Made by a program: the position numbers and the translations under genes | Part shown: one piece after another, positions 56,853-58,050 of the stretch | Layout of the letters: every line of letters starts with the position of its first letter | Position numbering within the stretch: position 1 is the first letter of the stretch | Assembly: GCA_037127655.1 (NCBI GenBank) | Contig: JBAXXY010000002.1 | Coordinates: 1 to 58,050, forward strand | DNA from: Lentisphaerota bacterium | Lineage (GTDB): Bacteria > Verrucomicrobiota > Lentisphaeria > Victivallales > GWF2-38-69 | DNA: 58,050 nt | Direction of reading: 5' to 3' | The notes under the pieces: generated by a model | Databases searched by the model: none | Told to the model about the DNA's origin: nothing | Seen by the model: the letters and a program-made list of their open reading frames with translations, nothing else

Positions 56853-57874
56853 TGCAAACCTCCATAATATGTTGATATGGTTTTAGATATTACATCATAG
56901 GATACAGCGCCGCCTGTAGCGGTCGGAGAAAAGAGATTGTAATAAGCCGATACATTGGCTATCTGGATTATTTTCTTCAGAGGCATATCTTCATGGAGTC
57001 CAAATAAAGCCCCGGCACAAAAAGCATCCCCTGCTCCGACTGTCCCGGCAATATTCTTATCTTCAATCTTTAGTGATCTAATATATTCTGTCTCTCCTTT
57101 CGAATTTACACCGAAAGCCGCTTCTGGAAAGTGTATTATTACGCAATCCCTGACTCCTGATTCCATCAGTTTATGAGCCGCTTTTCTCAAATTTTCTTCA
57201 TTGATGGAGTTATCTTTTCTGCGAATCTCCATATCAGTGATTTTTCCTGCCTCTATCTCATTGATTATAAAATAGTCGAGATATTTTAGACAAGGAATAA
57301 CTACATTCTTGTATCTGTTGCCGGTTTCTGAAATTACATCAGCACAGCATTTGTAGCCTTTTTCACACAATTTTTTAAATAATCTGGCGGCGGCTACTCC
57401 GAATTCGGCATCTTCGCTATCAAGTTTTTTTAAAGCCAGAAGATAAGAATAGTGGAATATCTTTGCGTTATTCTCGGCAGAAAGAATATCACCAATATCA
57501 ATAAGATTATTGGCGCCAGAATAATGAAAGAAAGTTCTTCTGCCGTTGTTCTTATCAGTCATAACATCTGTAAATGATGTCGGAGCGCCGGAAATCTTTC
57601 TGATAGCCGAAACATCTATCCCCTTACTTTTTAAAGAAGAAATCACATAATCGCCATCGGCATCATCTCCTACTAACCCCATCGTGTAAACAGGCAGTTC
57701 AGGGCAGATTACCTTGAGATCTACAGCTGCATTGTAAATACCGCCTCCTGAATACTGCATAGAGTCTATCATCGTCAACATCCCTTCATCAGGATAGGAA
57801 TTGATGAATTTTATCTTGTCGACAACTAGTATCCCTGAAGTATAAAATCCCCTGCGCATGCCTTTAATCTCCAT
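56849..57874 (-). CDS. PfkB-family carbohydrate kinase
   Basis: GGGIYNAA (GG motif) and the GTVGAGDAFCAG anion-hole motif. ATGA overlap with the isomerase. The start is uncertain (ATG 57874, or ATG 57859 after GGAG). The TTG at 57904 would overlap the upstream stop. Confidence 0.8.
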   Translation of the reverse strand: MEIKGMRRGFYTSGILVVDKIKFINSYPDEGMLTMIDSMQYSGGGIYNAAVDLKVICPELPVYTMGLVGDDADGDYVISSLKSKGIDVSAIRKISGAPTSFTDVMTDKNNGRRTFFHYSGANNLIDIGDILSAENNAKIFHYSYLLALKKLDSEDAEFGVAAARLFKKLCEKGYKCCADVISETGNRYKNVVIPCLKYLDYFIINEIEAGKITDMEIRRKDNSINEENLRKAAHKLMESGVRDCVIIHFPEAAFGVNSKGETEYIRSLKIEDKNIAGTVGAGDAFCAGALFGLHEDMPLKKIIQIANVSAYYNLFSPTATGGAVSYDVISKTISTYYGGLQ

Positions 57875-57882
57875 ATTATTAT

Positions 57883-58050
57883 CATGCCTTGTTAGAGCTC
57901 CCAAAAATATCCATCTGCTGCATAACTGTCTTCTTAACGGACACTCTAACAGCTTCCATAATCAATGGATAATCATTATAAGCCTGCCCGGCTTTCTGAA
58001 CCGCTTCCTGCAAAGCAAAAATGGCAGACTGGGACATTCCTGTATAGAAG
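57883..58050 (-). CDS. C-terminal fragment of a class II fructose/tagatose-bisphosphate aldolase-like protein (continues beyond the window)
   Basis: Open frame to the window edge. It ends ...AVRVSVKKTVMQQMDIFGSSNKA, resembling the conserved ...FGSxGKA C-terminus of class II ketose-bisphosphate aldolases. Confidence 0.45.

Noticed and set aside
1-58050. Searched the whole window for CRISPR arrays, integrases or transposases, reverse transcriptases, toxin-antitoxin pairs, phage genes, and rRNA or tRNA genes.
   Set aside because: No regularly spaced direct repeats, no recombinase, RT or nuclease-type ORFs, and no cloverleaf-compatible sequences were seen. Every long ORF is accounted for by metabolic, transport or envelope functions.

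Overview
This is a low-GC (about 38-40%) bacterial chromosomal window. It is densely coded, with about 55 protein genes, and contains no rRNA, tRNA, CRISPR array, integrase, transposase or reverse transcriptase. Three blocks dominate. (1) 2.7-13.3 kb, minus strand: a seven-gene glycan-utilisation operon with GH30, a CUT1-type ABC binding protein and two permeases, GH2, a GPH symporter and a GH36 alpha-galactosidase. (2) 29.4-46.4 kb: a succinate-to-propionate super-locus. It holds methylmalonyl-CoA epimerase, a carboxyltransferase with a biotin carrier, OorDABC-type 2-oxoacid:ferredoxin oxidoreductase, B12-dependent methylmalonyl-CoA mutase, two ScpB-type decarboxylases, ScpC CoA-transferase and the MeaB GTPase. 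(3) 49.7-58.0 kb: a CUT2 sugar ABC transporter with an unusual sugar-phosphate gene set (HldE-like kinase fused to HAD, an unknown protein, D-lyxose/D-mannose isomerase, a PfkB kinase and an aldolase fragment). Between these blocks lie guaA, an exported MTA/SAH nucleosidase, a transglutaminase-like plus C11 peptidase pair, a four-gene envelope lipoprotein operon, PnuC, two orphan periplasmic-adaptor-like paralogues, ptsH-ptsI and dCMP deaminase. The most unusual observations concern the mutase. A cobalamin-riboswitch-like core sits directly upstream of it. A tandem segmental duplication has also left a free-standing copy of its B12-binding domain in which every cobalamin-ligand signature is substituted. 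I found no convincing defence or mobile system. All functional calls rest on motif recognition by eye, not database searches.
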